A stretch of 47,221 bases of DNA from a virus (IMGVR_UViG_2660238524_000005), one strand, 5' to 3'; positions 8,189 through 17,195 are shown, counted from the first letter of the stretch. Program-made: numbers and translations. The notes: generated by a model not told the origin, from the letters alone.

Positions 8189-8881
8189 TTAATTGTGTCG
8201 CTTAAGGGTTTGTGACTGGCTGATTAAGACCTTTCCAAAGACCATAAACCGGTGTTCATTTTCGCTGGTAATTCCCCATTCACGGTAAATCTGGTTATCA
8301 GAAATCACCAGTAGTTTGTCAGGTATCATTTGCAGTCGTTTGACATAAATTTTATCATCAAAACCAAATACATAGATACCATCTCCATCAAACTGATTGA
8401 TACTGACATCAACGAAGATGAGATCTCCTGGCTCAATGGTTGGACACATACTGTCCCCACGAACGTTGATAACTTTAATGTGATTGGCTGGCCGTCCGCC
8501 AAACATCGATACAGCATTATCAGTTCTGTATTCAATGGCATGAATCACATCAATGACATCACCGCCCTGGATAAGGCCATTTCCCGCACTGGCACTGACA
8601 TCCAGCATTTCAATACGGAATACATCCTTCACCTGCGCAACATCCTCACTAATACTGTTTTTACATACAGTATTACTTTTGACGTCTGAGGTAAAGAGAT
8701 CTGCAATATCAACACCTAAGCTCCTGGCAATATTACTCAGGGCTTGTTCAGTGAATTGTTTCTGCTTACCTGTTTCCAGGCGTGAGATATTCGCCGCATC
8801 CACTCCTATTGCTTCAGCGAGATCGGCGATTTTCATGTTCTTCGCCTGGCGAAGTTGTCTGACTCGGTTTCCTATGTTCAT
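8189..8881 (-). CDS. cI: CI-like repressor (XRE HTH + S24 LexA-type autopeptidase)
   Basis: N-terminal HTH (VRQLRQAKNMKIADLAEAIGVDAANISRLETG) and C-terminal S24 motifs (GDSMCPTIEPGDLIFVD...VKRL); divergent from cro. Confidence 0.9.
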   Translation of the reverse strand: MNIGNRVRQLRQAKNMKIADLAEAIGVDAANISRLETGKQKQFTEQALSNIARSLGVDIADLFTSDVKSNTVCKNSISEDVAQVKDVFRIEMLDVSASAGNGLIQGGDVIDVIHAIEYRTDNAVSMFGGRPANHIKVINVRGDSMCPTIEPGDLIFVDVSINQFDGDGIYVFGFDDKIYVKRLQMIPDKLLVISDNQIYREWGITSENEHRFMVFGKVLISQSQTLKRHN

Positions 8882-8978
8882 GCGTTTATTACATTTCTTT
8901 ATTGCGTGTTAAGCAAATCAACTTGCGCAAAATATTTGCGTGAAATAATATGCTCATCACGCAATATGTGGAGGTAAT
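8882..8978. promoter_or_regulatory. Divergent cI/cro promoter-operator region
   Basis: 97-bp interval between divergent starts with four copies of TTGCG(T/C)G half-site, including palindrome TTGCGCAA and inverted pair TTGCGTGA...TCACGCAA. Confidence 0.6.
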
Positions 8979-9239
8979 ATGCAATCACCATTACGGAATG
9001 TGCGTAAGGCGCACGGATTTACTTTGCAGCATGTTGCTGCTGGCGTTCAGGTCAATCCAGCGACGCTGAGTCGTATTGAAAGACTGGAACAAGTTCCATC
9101 TATCGATCTTGCAGAACGTCTGGCCAATTTTTTTAAGGGTGAAATCAGCGAAATGCAGATTCTTTATCCGGCACGTTTTCAATCTAGCCAAAACCAGAAT
9201 GGGTTTAAACCACAGGAACAGGAGGTAAGCCGTGGGTAA
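8979..9239 (+). CDS. cro: Cro-like HTH regulator
   Basis: 86 aa, HTH (HGFTLQHVAAGVQVNPATLSRIER); SD GGAGG upstream. Confidence 0.8.
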   Translation: MQSPLRNVRKAHGFTLQHVAAGVQVNPATLSRIERLEQVPSIDLAERLANFFKGEISEMQILYPARFQSSQNQNGFKPQEQEVSRG

Positions 9240-9783
9240 TCATCACTGGAAAGTGGAAAAACAGCCTGAGTGGTACGTGAAAGCTGTCAGAAAAACTATC
9301 GCAAAGTTGCCGGGTGGTTACGCTGAAGCAGCTGACTGGCTGGATGTAACAGAGAACGCATTATTTAACCGCCTTCGTGCCGATGGCGATCAGATTTTCC
9401 CGCTGGGATGGGCAATGATTTTGCAACGTGCTGGTGGAACTCACTTCATTGCTGACGCTGTGGCGCAGTCTGCAAATGGCGTCTTTGTGTCTCTTCCTGA
9501 CGTCGAGGATGTGGACAACGCCGATATTAACCAGCGCCTGCTGGAAGTCATTGAACAGATCGGCAGTTATTCAAAACAGATTCGTTCAGCAATTGAAGAC
9601 GGTGTAGTGGAACCGAATGAGAAGACAGCAATTAACGACGAGCTGTACCTCTCAATTTCGAAGCTGCAGGAGCATGCAGCACTGGTCTACAAAATTTTTT
9701 GCATTTCAGAAAGTAATGACGCCCGCGAGTGTGCAGCTCCGGGCGCCGTGGCGTGTCGTGACTGTGGAGAAACTAACGCATGA
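9232..9783 (+). CDS. Early regulatory protein (CII/YdaT-like position)
   Basis: 183-aa ORF immediately after cro; assignment by position and vague resemblance only. Confidence 0.35.
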   Translation: MGNHHWKVEKQPEWYVKAVRKTIAKLPGGYAEAADWLDVTENALFNRLRADGDQIFPLGWAMILQRAGGTHFIADAVAQSANGVFVSLPDVEDVDNADINQRLLEVIEQIGSYSKQIRSAIEDGVVEPNEKTAINDELYLSISKLQEHAALVYKIFCISESNDARECAAPGAVACRDCGETNA

Positions 9784-10118
9784 ACAGTTTAACAACACAC
9801 TACCGTCGCTCGCAACTGATTGCGCTTCCTGTACCGGGTGGAAAAGCGAAGGTGGAGTATTGCTATGCAGTAAATGTACTAGGTGACAGGGAAATTGTAA
9901 CCCACAGCTTTGCAGAGTGGGCTGTGGGTGATTTCAACCGGCAGAAGGAGACAGTCCTTTGCGACAAGTTAACCGCTGGTTCAAAGATCACTACGGAGTG
10001 CCCGTCAGAGTCATTCGTTGGGAGCCGGAAACACAACGGGTTATCTACCTCCGCGAAGGCTATGAGCATGAGTGCTTCAGCCCGCTCGAACAGTTTCGTC
10101 GTAAATTCAGGGAAGTAG
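9780..10118 (+). CDS. Hypothetical protein; 3' half overlaps an alternative-frame small ORF
   Basis: ATG with SD GGAG 8 nt upstream; C-terminal 50 aa low-complexity ([10 protein letters not shown]). Confidence 0.3.
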   Translation: MNSLTTHYRRSQLIALPVPGGKAKVEYCYAVNVLGDREIVTHSFAEWAVGDFNRQKETVLCDKLTAGSKITTECPSESFVGSRKHNGLSTSAKAMSMSASARSNSFVVNSGK

Positions 10119-10138
10119 AGGTCGGTCATGAGCACTAA
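9959..10138 (+). CDS. Small ORF (59 aa, TTG start) not in the supplied track
   Basis: SD AAGGAG 9 nt upstream of TTG; translation [59 protein letters not shown]; stop overlaps start of the replication gene. Confidence 0.35.
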   Translation: MRQVNRWFKDHYGVPVRVIRWEPETQRVIYLREGYEHECFSPLEQFRRKFREVEVGHEH

Positions 10139-11099
10139 ATTAACCGGCTATGTATGGGATGGTTGCGCTGCATCAGGCATGAAATTATCCAGCGTGGCAA
10201 TTATGGCCCGCCTGGCTGATTTCAGTAATGACGAAGGTGTGTGCTGGCCATCAATTGAAACCATTGCCCGTCAGATTGGCGCGGGGATGAGTACCGTCAG
10301 AACGGCTATCGCACGGCTGGAAGCAGAAGGCTGGTTAACGCGTAAGGCGCGTCGCCAGGGTAACCGCAATGCGTCGAATGTTTATCAGCTTAACGTTGCG
10401 AAGCTTCAGGCAGCGGCATTTTCTCAACTGTCAGATTCTGACCCGTCAAAATCTGACGCATCAAAATCTGACGCATCAAAATCTGACGCATCAAAATCTG
10501 ACCCGTCAAAATTTGATGCGTCGAAATCTGGCAAAAAAGCGGGTTTTCACCCGTCAGAATCTGGCGGGGATCCGTCAGTAAAATCAAAACATGATCCGTC
10601 AGATAAAAAACCTTCTCGTCCGGACGCTTCGCAACCGGACACGCAGACGGCTGAACAGGATTTTTTAACTCGCCATCCTGATGCGGTTGTATTCAGCCCT
10701 AAAAAGCGCCAGTGGGGGACGCAGGATGATTTGACCTGCGCACAGTGGCTCTGGAAAAAAATCATCGCCCTGTACGAGCAGGCTGCCGAATGTGACGGCG
10801 AGGTGGTTCGTCCCAAAGAACCGAACTGGACAGCCTGGGCAAACGAAATTCGCCTGATGTGTGTGCAGGATGGTCGTACTCACAAACAAATCTGCGAGAT
10901 GTACAGCCGCGTCAGCCGCGATCCGTTCTGGTGCCGTAACGTGCTCAGCCCGTCGAAGCTGCGGGAAAAATGGGATGAGCTTTCTCTGCGCTTATCGCCG
11001 TCCGTCAGCACGTACACAGAAAAACGCGAAGACCCGTACTTCAAAGCCAGTTACGACAATGTGGACTACAGCCAGATCCCGGCAGGATTCAGGGGGTGA
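10128..11099 (+). CDS. Replication initiation protein (lambda O-like, iteron-containing)
   Basis: N-terminal winged-helix region; internal tandem repeat encoding SKSDA units; position after cro/cII-like genes. Confidence 0.7.
   Translation: MSTKLTGYVWDGCAASGMKLSSVAIMARLADFSNDEGVCWPSIETIARQIGAGMSTVRTAIARLEAEGWLTRKARRQGNRNASNVYQLNVAKLQAAAFSQLSDSDPSKSDASKSDASKSDASKSDPSKFDASKSGKKAGFHPSESGGDPSVKSKHDPSDKKPSRPDASQPDTQTAEQDFLTRHPDAVVFSPKKRQWGTQDDLTCAQWLWKKIIALYEQAAECDGEVVRPKEPNWTAWANEIRLMCVQDGRTHKQICEMYSRVSRDPFWCRNVLSPSKLREKWDELSLRLSPSVSTYTEKREDPYFKASYDNVDYSQIPAGFRG
10431..10567. repeat. Iteron array (candidate ori) inside the replication initiator gene
   Basis: About 8 direct 15-bp repeats of TCAAAATCTGACGCA (3 perfect, others 1-4 mismatches). 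Confidence 0.65.
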
Positions 11100-11101
11100 T
11101 C

Positions 11102-11590
11102 ATGAGTCTTTTGAATGAAGTTCAGAAATTCATTGAAGCCCATCCGGGGTGTACTTCCGGAGACATTGCGGATGCTTTTGCAGGTTACTCACGGCAGCGC
11201 GTTCTGCAGTCAGCAAGCAAGTTACGTCAGAGTGGGCGTGTGGCTCACCGTTGTGAAGGGGATACACGCAGACATTTCCCGCGCCAGACAAAGATATCGC
11301 CGGAGGCGGAACGGCAACCAGTTCGTGAAACCAGACCTGTGCGCAATTTCTATGTCGGCACTAACGACCCGCGGGAGATTTTATGCCTGACCCGCCAGGC
11401 TGAAGAACTGGAGTCCAGGGGCTTATACCGTCGTGCTGCAACGGTGTGGATGGCGGCATTCCGTGAAAGCCACTCCCAGCCAGAACGAAACAATTTTCTG
11501 GCGCGTCGTGAGCAGTGTTTACGGAAAAGCAGCAAGCGCGCTGTATCGGGTGATGAGTGGTATCTGTCAGGGAATTACGTGGGGGCTTAA
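11102..11590 (+). CDS. Putative transcriptional regulator (winged-helix N-terminus, PerC/ANR-like C-terminus)
   Basis: ATG with SD AGGGGG; C-terminal ...GLYRRAATVWMAAFRES... resembles PerC-family motif (from memory). Confidence 0.4.
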   Translation: MSLLNEVQKFIEAHPGCTSGDIADAFAGYSRQRVLQSASKLRQSGRVAHRCEGDTRRHFPRQTKISPEAERQPVRETRPVRNFYVGTNDPREILCLTRQAEELESRGLYRRAATVWMAAFRESHSQPERNNFLARREQCLRKSSKRAVSGDEWYLSGNYVGA

Positions 11591-12243
11591 TGAGTAATAA
11601 ATATTGCCAGGAGCTGGTGGAACTGCGGAACAAACCAGCCCATGAACTGAAGGAAGTGGGCGATCAGTGGCGCACGCCGGACAACATTTTCTGGGGAATT
11701 AACACCCTGTTTGGTCCGTTTGTTCTGGATCTGTTCACTGACGGTGATAACGCCAAATGTGCTGCGTATTACACGGCGGAAGACAACGCGCTGGCGCATG
11801 ACTGGTCAGAACGCCTTGCGGAGCTTAAAGGTGCTGCCTTTGGAAATCCCCCATACAGCCGCGCCAGTCAGCATGAGGGGCAATACATCACCGGCATGCG
11901 TTACATCATGAAGCATGCCAGTGCCATGCGTGATAAGGGCGGGCGCTATGTTTTCCTGATCAAAGCTGCCACCAGCGAAGTGTGGTGGCCGGAAGATGCA
12001 GATCATATTGCTTTTATTCGCGGGCGTATTGGTTTTGAACTGCCTGCCTGGTTTATCCCGAAGGATGAGAAGCAGGTGCCGACAGGCGCTTTCTTCGCTG
12101 GTGCTATTGCTGTTTTCGACAAGACCTGGAAGGGACCGGCAATCAGCTACATCGGGCGCGATGAACTTGAGGCATGTGGTGAGGCGTTTCTGGCGCAGGT
12201 TCGCCTGCAGGCGGAAAAGCTGGTCAGGGAGATGGCGGCATGA
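11590..12243 (+). CDS. Phage Dam-type N6-adenine DNA methyltransferase
   Basis: Catalytic motif FGNPPYS; size and architecture of phage Dam (pfam05869-like). Confidence 0.8.
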   Translation: MSNKYCQELVELRNKPAHELKEVGDQWRTPDNIFWGINTLFGPFVLDLFTDGDNAKCAAYYTAEDNALAHDWSERLAELKGAAFGNPPYSRASQHEGQYITGMRYIMKHASAMRDKGGRYVFLIKAATSEVWWPEDADHIAFIRGRIGFELPAWFIPKDEKQVPTGAFFAGAIAVFDKTWKGPAISYIGRDELEACGEAFLAQVRLQAEKLVREMAA

Positions 12244-12566
12244 CGACGTTAACTCAATGCCAGCAGCAGGTGCTGGATATGCTGATTTCTTATCAGAAAG
12301 AGCGTGGCTTCCCGCCAACCAATCAGGAGGTGGCAACCATGCTGGGATACCGTTCGGTGAATGCAGCGGTGGAGCATCTTCGCGCACTGGAGAAAAAAGG
12401 CGTCATCACGATAAAGCGTGGTGTGGCCCGGGGGATCACGCTTCATACCGCGGTGAAGGACGACGACAGCAAGGCGGTCGGGATTATCCGCTCACTGCTT
12501 GCCGGTGAGGAAAACGCAAGGCTGCGTGCAACTCACTGGTTACATGAGAGAGGCCTGAAAGTATGA
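12240..12566 (+). CDS. LexA N-terminal DNA-binding-domain homolog lacking the S24 peptidase domain
   Basis: MTTLTQCQQQVLDMLISYQKERGFPPTNQEVATMLGYRSVNAAVEHLRALEKKGVI aligns by eye with E. coli LexA residues 1-70; only 108 aa. Confidence 0.6.
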   Translation: MTTLTQCQQQVLDMLISYQKERGFPPTNQEVATMLGYRSVNAAVEHLRALEKKGVITIKRGVARGITLHTAVKDDDSKAVGIIRSLLAGEENARLRATHWLHERGLKV

Positions 12567-12952
12567 AGCTGATCCTGCCTTTCCCGCCCAGCGTGAACAC
12601 CTACTGGCGACACCCCAACAAAGGGGCATTTGCTGGTAAGAGCCTGATAAGCGCGGCGGGGCGAAAATTTCAGAGCGCGGCGTGCGCAGCAATAGTTGAG
12701 CAGTTACGTCGTCTGCCAAAACCAACGTCGGCACCTGCTTCAGTGGAGATCGTGTTGTTTCCTCCGGATAACCGGATCCGCGATCTGGACAACTATAACA
12801 AGGCGCTGTTTGACGCCCTGACCCACGCGGGTGTGTGGGAAGACGACAGACAGGTGAAAAGAATGCTGGTGGAGTGGGGACCGGTTATCCCGAAAGGGAA
12901 GGTCGAGATCACTATCAGTAAGTATGAGAAACCGGCGGGTGCAGCCGCCTGA
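12563..12952 (+). CDS. rusA: RusA Holliday-junction resolvase
   Basis: MKLILPFPPSVNTYW...DLDNYNKALFDAL signature of the RusA family. Confidence 0.9.
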   Translation: MKLILPFPPSVNTYWRHPNKGAFAGKSLISAAGRKFQSAACAAIVEQLRRLPKPTSAPASVEIVLFPPDNRIRDLDNYNKALFDALTHAGVWEDDRQVKRMLVEWGPVIPKGKVEITISKYEKPAGAAA

Positions 12953-12971
12953 TTAAGAGGAGAAACGAAGT

Positions 12972-13781
12972 ATGAATAATCTGATGGTTATTGATGGTAT
13001 TGAAGTTCGTCGTGATGCTTATGGGCGTTACAGCCTGAACGATCTGCACAGGGCAGCCGGGGGAGAACAAAAAAACCGCCCGAAATACTGGCTCTCCAAT
13101 AAGCAAACCTGTGAATTGATTGAACAACTTTTCACCGAGGGTGGAATTCCGCCTCTGGAACAAAATCAACCAGTTAGCGTCATTAATGGCGGAAATAACC
13201 AGGGGACGTATGTCTGCAAAGAACTGGTGTATGCCTATGCAATGTGGATCAGCCCGTCATTCCATCTGAAGGTGATCCGTACTTTCGATATGGTAACCAG
13301 CACACCGGAAAAATTATCCGGGCAGGCTGCTGACAAGATGCAGGCTGGCGTGATTCTGCTGGACTTTATGCGCCGGGAGTTAAACCTGTCTAACTCTTCA
13401 GTGCTTGGTGCCTGTCAGAAACTCCAGGAGGCTGTTGGCTTACCGAATCTGGCACCGCGCTATGCCATTGATGCTCCTGCTGACGCGCCTGATGGCTCAA
13501 GCCGCCCGACGCTGGCGCTGAGTGCACTGCTGAAGCAGTATGGTATCCGCCTGACGGCTAATCAGGCATATCACCAGATGGCGAAGCTGGGGATCGTTGA
13601 ACAACGCGAACGATACAGCCGTACCGCAATTAACAACATTAAAAAATTCTGGTCGCTGACGGCGAAAGGCTGCATGTTCGGCAAGAACATCACCAGTCCT
13701 GCAAATCCGCGTGAGACGCAGCCGCATTTCTTCGAATCCCGATTCCCTGAGCTGTTAAAGCTGCTCGATACCGTTCATTGA
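12972..13781 (+). CDS. KilA-N domain protein
   Basis: N-terminal KilA-N-like segment (DGIEVRRDAYGRYSLNDLHRA...YVCKELVYAYAMWISPSFHLKVI). Confidence 0.7.
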   Translation: MNNLMVIDGIEVRRDAYGRYSLNDLHRAAGGEQKNRPKYWLSNKQTCELIEQLFTEGGIPPLEQNQPVSVINGGNNQGTYVCKELVYAYAMWISPSFHLKVIRTFDMVTSTPEKLSGQAADKMQAGVILLDFMRRELNLSNSSVLGACQKLQEAVGLPNLAPRYAIDAPADAPDGSSRPTLALSALLKQYGIRLTANQAYHQMAKLGIVEQRERYSRTAINNIKKFWSLTAKGCMFGKNITSPANPRETQPHFFESRFPELLKLLDTVH

Positions 13782-13782
13782 G

Positions 13783-14778
13783 GTGACCGTGAGAGCGCTA
13801 CTGACCCCTGAAATTGCCCCGCGTATGGGGATCGTATTGTTCAGACCCGGTTCAGAGCTGATGCCCCTGTTTATGCAGGGGCGTGTCCTGCTGGAGCCTG
13901 AGCCGGAACATTATTCATCTTTTTCCAGTGGTGCCGTTCCGGCGGCATTACAACCACTGGCGGATGATCCTGCCGTTCGGGCTGTGTTCCGCAATGAGGC
14001 GGTGATCCGTCGTGCTGGTGGCGTGGAATGTCTTGAAAGCTGGTTACTTCGTGAAAAAGGCTGCCAGTGGCCTCATTCCGACTGGCACAGCGAGAACATG
14101 ACCACAATGCGACACGCTCCGGGCGCAATCCGTCTGTGCTGGCACTGCGATAACCAGCTGCGCGATCAGTTCACGGAACGGCTGGAATCAATGGCAACGG
14201 ATAACTGTGCCCGCTGGGTGTTGTCTGTCGTGCGTCGGGATCTCGGTTTTGATGACAGTCACGTTGTGACAATGCCGGAACTGTGCTGGTGGCTGGTTCG
14301 TAATGACCTGGCGGATGCCTTACCGGAAAGTGCAGCCCGTAAGGCACTGAGATTACCGAAGCCTGTTGTGCCGTCTGTCACCCGGGAAAGTGATCTTGTT
14401 CCTTCGGTTCCTGCCACCAGCATCATCCAGGATAAAGCGAAAAAGGTGCTGGCGCTGAAAGTGGAGCCGGAGTCGCCGGAGTCTTTTATGTTACGCCCAA
14501 AACGTCGCCGCTGGGTTAATGAAAAGTACACGCGCTGGGTTAAGACGCAGCCGTGTGCATGTTGTGGAAAGCCCGCCGATGATCCCCACCACCTGATAGG
14601 CCACGGTCAGGGTGGAATGGGTACAAAAGCGCATGACCTTTTTGTGTTGCCTTTGTGCAGAAAGCATCACGACGAGCTGCATGCGGATACCGTGGCATTT
14701 GAAGAGAAGTATGGCTCCCAGCTGGAGCTGATATTTCGTTTTATCGATCGTGCGCTGGCGATTGGTGTGCTGGCCTGA
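13783..14778 (+). CDS. DUF968-family phage protein
   Basis: C-terminal Cys/His cluster CACCGKPADDPHHL...PLCRKHHDELH; GTG start per track. Confidence 0.55.
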   Translation: MTVRALLTPEIAPRMGIVLFRPGSELMPLFMQGRVLLEPEPEHYSSFSSGAVPAALQPLADDPAVRAVFRNEAVIRRAGGVECLESWLLREKGCQWPHSDWHSENMTTMRHAPGAIRLCWHCDNQLRDQFTERLESMATDNCARWVLSVVRRDLGFDDSHVVTMPELCWWLVRNDLADALPESAARKALRLPKPVVPSVTRESDLVPSVPATSIIQDKAKKVLALKVEPESPESFMLRPKRRRWVNEKYTRWVKTQPCACCGKPADDPHHLIGHGQGGMGTKAHDLFVLPLCRKHHDELHADTVAFEEKYGSQLELIFRFIDRALAIGVLA

Positions 14779-14795
14779 TTTTGTGGAGAAAGTTG

Positions 14796-15158
14796 ATGCG
14801 TGATATTCAGATGGTTCTGGAGCGTTGGGGAGCATGGGCGGCGAGTGATAGTTCTGGAGTAGATTATTCGCCTATAGCTGCTGGGTTTAAAGGGCTTCTT
14901 CCCTATACAAGTAAAACACGTCAGGCTTGTTCAGATAGTGATGCATTAATTATTGAAGGTTGTCTTGCTCGTCTAAAGCAAAAAAGGCCGGACGAACATT
15001 CGCTTCTTGTTGCCCATTACCTATTCGGTATCTCTAAAAGAAAGCTCGCCAAGGCTCGTAAAAAGGATGAGAAATTAATACGCATTGAGATACAGATGGC
15101 TGAGGGGTTTATTGATGGCTGCCTTTCAATGCTAGATCTAACATTAGATATGGATTAA
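14796..15158 (+). CDS. Q: Late-gene antiterminator Q (phage 21/DLP12 QuuD-like)
   Basis: MRDIQMVLERWGAWAA...AAGFKGL...; SD GGAGAAAG before ATG 14796. Confidence 0.8.
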   Translation: MRDIQMVLERWGAWAASDSSGVDYSPIAAGFKGLLPYTSKTRQACSDSDALIIEGCLARLKQKRPDEHSLLVAHYLFGISKRKLAKARKKDEKLIRIEIQMAEGFIDGCLSMLDLTLDMD

Positions 15159-15176
15159 TTAAGATGAGAAAGATAC

Positions 15177-15590
15177 CTACACAGTATCTTTCTCAATTTG
15201 TTCAAATTTTGGTAATGGATTTGCTGTACTATTTTTTCCTATATTGATCATTATTTCCACAGTTGCTTCTCGAGAGCGTAGCAGCTTTTGCCTAAACTCA
15301 TCAGTGGTATATTTCGATGCTAATTGCTTATCAATGGTCTCGAGATCTCGGAGGCATTGCTTTCTTTTTGCTGCATCTTCTGGTGATTCAAGTCCATGAC
15401 GTGCAATTACCCAGCAAAGTATATATGTCAGGATTGCCGAAATAAGAGGTATTATTAAATATAGTAATTTCGCAAGGTTTGAATTGGCATCAGGTACGCA
15501 AAATGTTACCAGACCTGACAAAATGATCCCAAAACCGCCAGTAGAGAGGGTTGAAGTGACTGGGCTAGTTGGTTTTTTTTCATCAGACAT
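15177..15590 (-). CDS. Small membrane protein (two predicted TM helices + helical tail)
   Basis: Start ATG overlaps upstream stop (ATGTCTGA); hydrophobic segments GGFGIILSGLVTFCV and LLYLIIPLISAILTYILCWVIA. Confidence 0.55.
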   Translation of the reverse strand: MSDEKKPTSPVTSTLSTGGFGIILSGLVTFCVPDANSNLAKLLYLIIPLISAILTYILCWVIARHGLESPEDAAKRKQCLRDLETIDKQLASKYTTDEFRQKLLRSREATVEIMINIGKNSTANPLPKFEQIEKDTV

Positions 15591-15846
15591 TTGAACTGGT
15601 GCCGTCATTCGTTGCTTCTTCTATCAGTTGAACGATAGTTTTGCTTTTGTCTTTAGGCATGACAATAGTGATTGACCGCTTATCGTTGGTGACTTCATCG
15701 ACAAAAACAAACTCAAACTTACGAACAGGGAATAACCTCCGCCATAGTAAAGCGGATGCAGCGTATGAGAAGCGAAACAGGAGAGGTGATATCATGATCA
15801 CCCCTATCCACATCGCGAGTTCTATGATCTGCTGGGTTAACATCAT
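15583..15846 (-). CDS. Small membrane protein (one predicted TM helix)
   Basis: 87 aa; hydrophobic stretch LAMWIGVIMISPLLF; SD AGGA before ATG. Confidence 0.5.
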   Translation of the reverse strand: MMLTQQIIELAMWIGVIMISPLLFRFSYAASALLWRRLFPVRKFEFVFVDEVTNDKRSITIVMPKDKSKTIVQLIEEATNDGTSSNV

Positions 15847-15852
15847 TCCTGT

Positions 15853-16716
15853 TTAAGCTGGTCGTCTACGTTTAACTTTTTTGATAGCATAACGGTTTGT
15901 TACGCCACGCGCAGTAAATGTTTTTGTTGTTTCTAAATCAACAACATAAAGGTCCTCTTTTGAAAATTGTACTGTTGCAGCCTGAACCTGCGAAAGGAAA
16001 ACATTGTCATCTAGGCTTACTGAATGTTCTTCACCAAGATAATCAATTCGCCATCCCTTATTCCCTTCAAAGTTTACTTGAATGAATCTGACGTTAACCT
16101 CATCAATAGAAACTTCTTTTTCTAGTAAAGTACCACGTGGTAGTGGTTTGATTTCTTCAGTTTCTTCTCCTTCAAGCTTGAGAATCTCTTCTCCATTATC
16201 ATCAGTAATTTTGAAGATCGGGCGCTCTTTACCATCTAGTGGTGCTCTAACTACGTTAACTAAGGCTTGTCGTATTTCGGGATCAGTCACTAACTTTGCA
16301 ACAGCCTCATGACAAATAATTTCTTCTCCATCAAGTTCTAATACTGCTTCTTGTGTGTCGACCTTTCGAGTAACAGAAATAACCTTTCTACTCCCCAATT
16401 GTCGAATCAATGCAAGAGCTGAGCCACCAGCTAATGCACCACCAGCAACAGTGAGTCCAATTGCTTTGGCGACATCGACAGCATGAGGAACTAACTCTTG
16501 CATTGAATAAATAACACCGATTGATCCAGGTGCAGCAGGAGCGGTAACCATCAATTTGACTGTTTCCTGCCCATCATTAAGATTTCGATCCGCCTTTGCA
16601 ATAAGGTCAGCCATAGACCCTATTGATAAACTTAGTGTTTTTGCATCAATCTTATGCTGTGCTAATTCTTCATCTTCGGCATCATAGAAGACTTTGAAAG
16701 TGGTAGAACTATCCAA
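15853..16716 (-). CDS. Hypothetical soluble protein, first gene of reverse-strand cargo operon
   Basis: 287 aa, acidic, no TM segments or recognisable catalytic motifs; AT-rich; opposite to flanking late genes. Confidence 0.6.
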   Translation of the reverse strand: MDSSTTFKVFYDAEDEELAQHKIDAKTLSLSIGSMADLIAKADRNLNDGQETVKLMVTAPAAPGSIGVIYSMQELVPHAVDVAKAIGLTVAGGALAGGSALALIRQLGSRKVISVTRKVDTQEAVLELDGEEIICHEAVAKLVTDPEIRQALVNVVRAPLDGKERPIFKITDDNGEEILKLEGEETEEIKPLPRGTLLEKEVSIDEVNVRFIQVNFEGNKGWRIDYLGEEHSVSLDDNVFLSQVQAATVQFSKEDLYVVDLETTKTFTARGVTNRYAIKKVKRRRPA

Positions 16717-16844
16717 TTTTGCCTCAGTTTATTTTTAATTCTATCCTGTAGACTTAAATTAACGTGAAAGAGATGAAAAATCACTAACGCGGTCCGCATT
16801 TTTTCATTTAGCATGTTAAGAGTGGTTACTTCGCCACACAACTT

Positions 16845-16870
16845 AAACCCGCCGCTGAGCGGTTTTTTTG
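16845..16870 (+). terminator. Weak intrinsic terminator (possible tR'-like element downstream of Q)
   Basis: CCGC cgctga GCGG followed by T7; plus orientation. Confidence 0.35.
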
Positions 16871-16967
16871 TACCTGTAAACCTGGTGCAGTACAGTAAAC
16901 ACGCTGGTTGTCGTGAATACTGACTTTTTATCTTGCTGGCATTTTAGACAAGAGTTATTGGTATGTC

Positions 16968-17195
16968 ATGTTAACCAGAAGGGAAAAAGACATGCTAAAA
17001 CAGCAAGATATGACAGAAACCGCCGCCGCAGTCCTTCATTTCTTACCTGCTGACAAGTGGGTAACGCCACGCATGATGACGAGAACTACCGGAGTAAGCG
17101 AAGCCCGGTGCCAGTTAATACTGACTCAGTTAGTTCTGGCGGGTCTGGCGAAGGATAACGGCGGGTACGGGAATAAATTCAGACGCTGCCAGTAA
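16968..17195 (+). CDS. Small hypothetical protein, possibly winged-helix
   Basis: 75-aa ORF upstream of the methyltransferase; weak call. Confidence 0.3.
   Translation: MLTRREKDMLKQQDMTETAAAVLHFLPADKWVTPRMMTRTTGVSEARCQLILTQLVLAGLAKDNGGYGNKFRRCQ

Noticed and set aside
10431-10567. CRISPR array
   Set aside because: The only regular direct repeats are 15-bp contiguous iterons without spacers; no CRISPR-like repeat-spacer structure was seen anywhere in the window.
10369-10587. Track ORFs 10369..10581 (+) and 10390..10587 (-) with repetitive translations (LTHQNLTHQNL / ILMRQILMRQ)
   Set aside because: Out-of-frame or antisense readings of the iteron array inside the replication gene.
13497-14531. 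Minus-strand track ORFs inside KilA-N and DUF968 genes (13497..13727, 13871..14128, 14259..14531)
   Set aside because: Antisense to better-supported plus-strand genes that have SDs and recognisable motifs.
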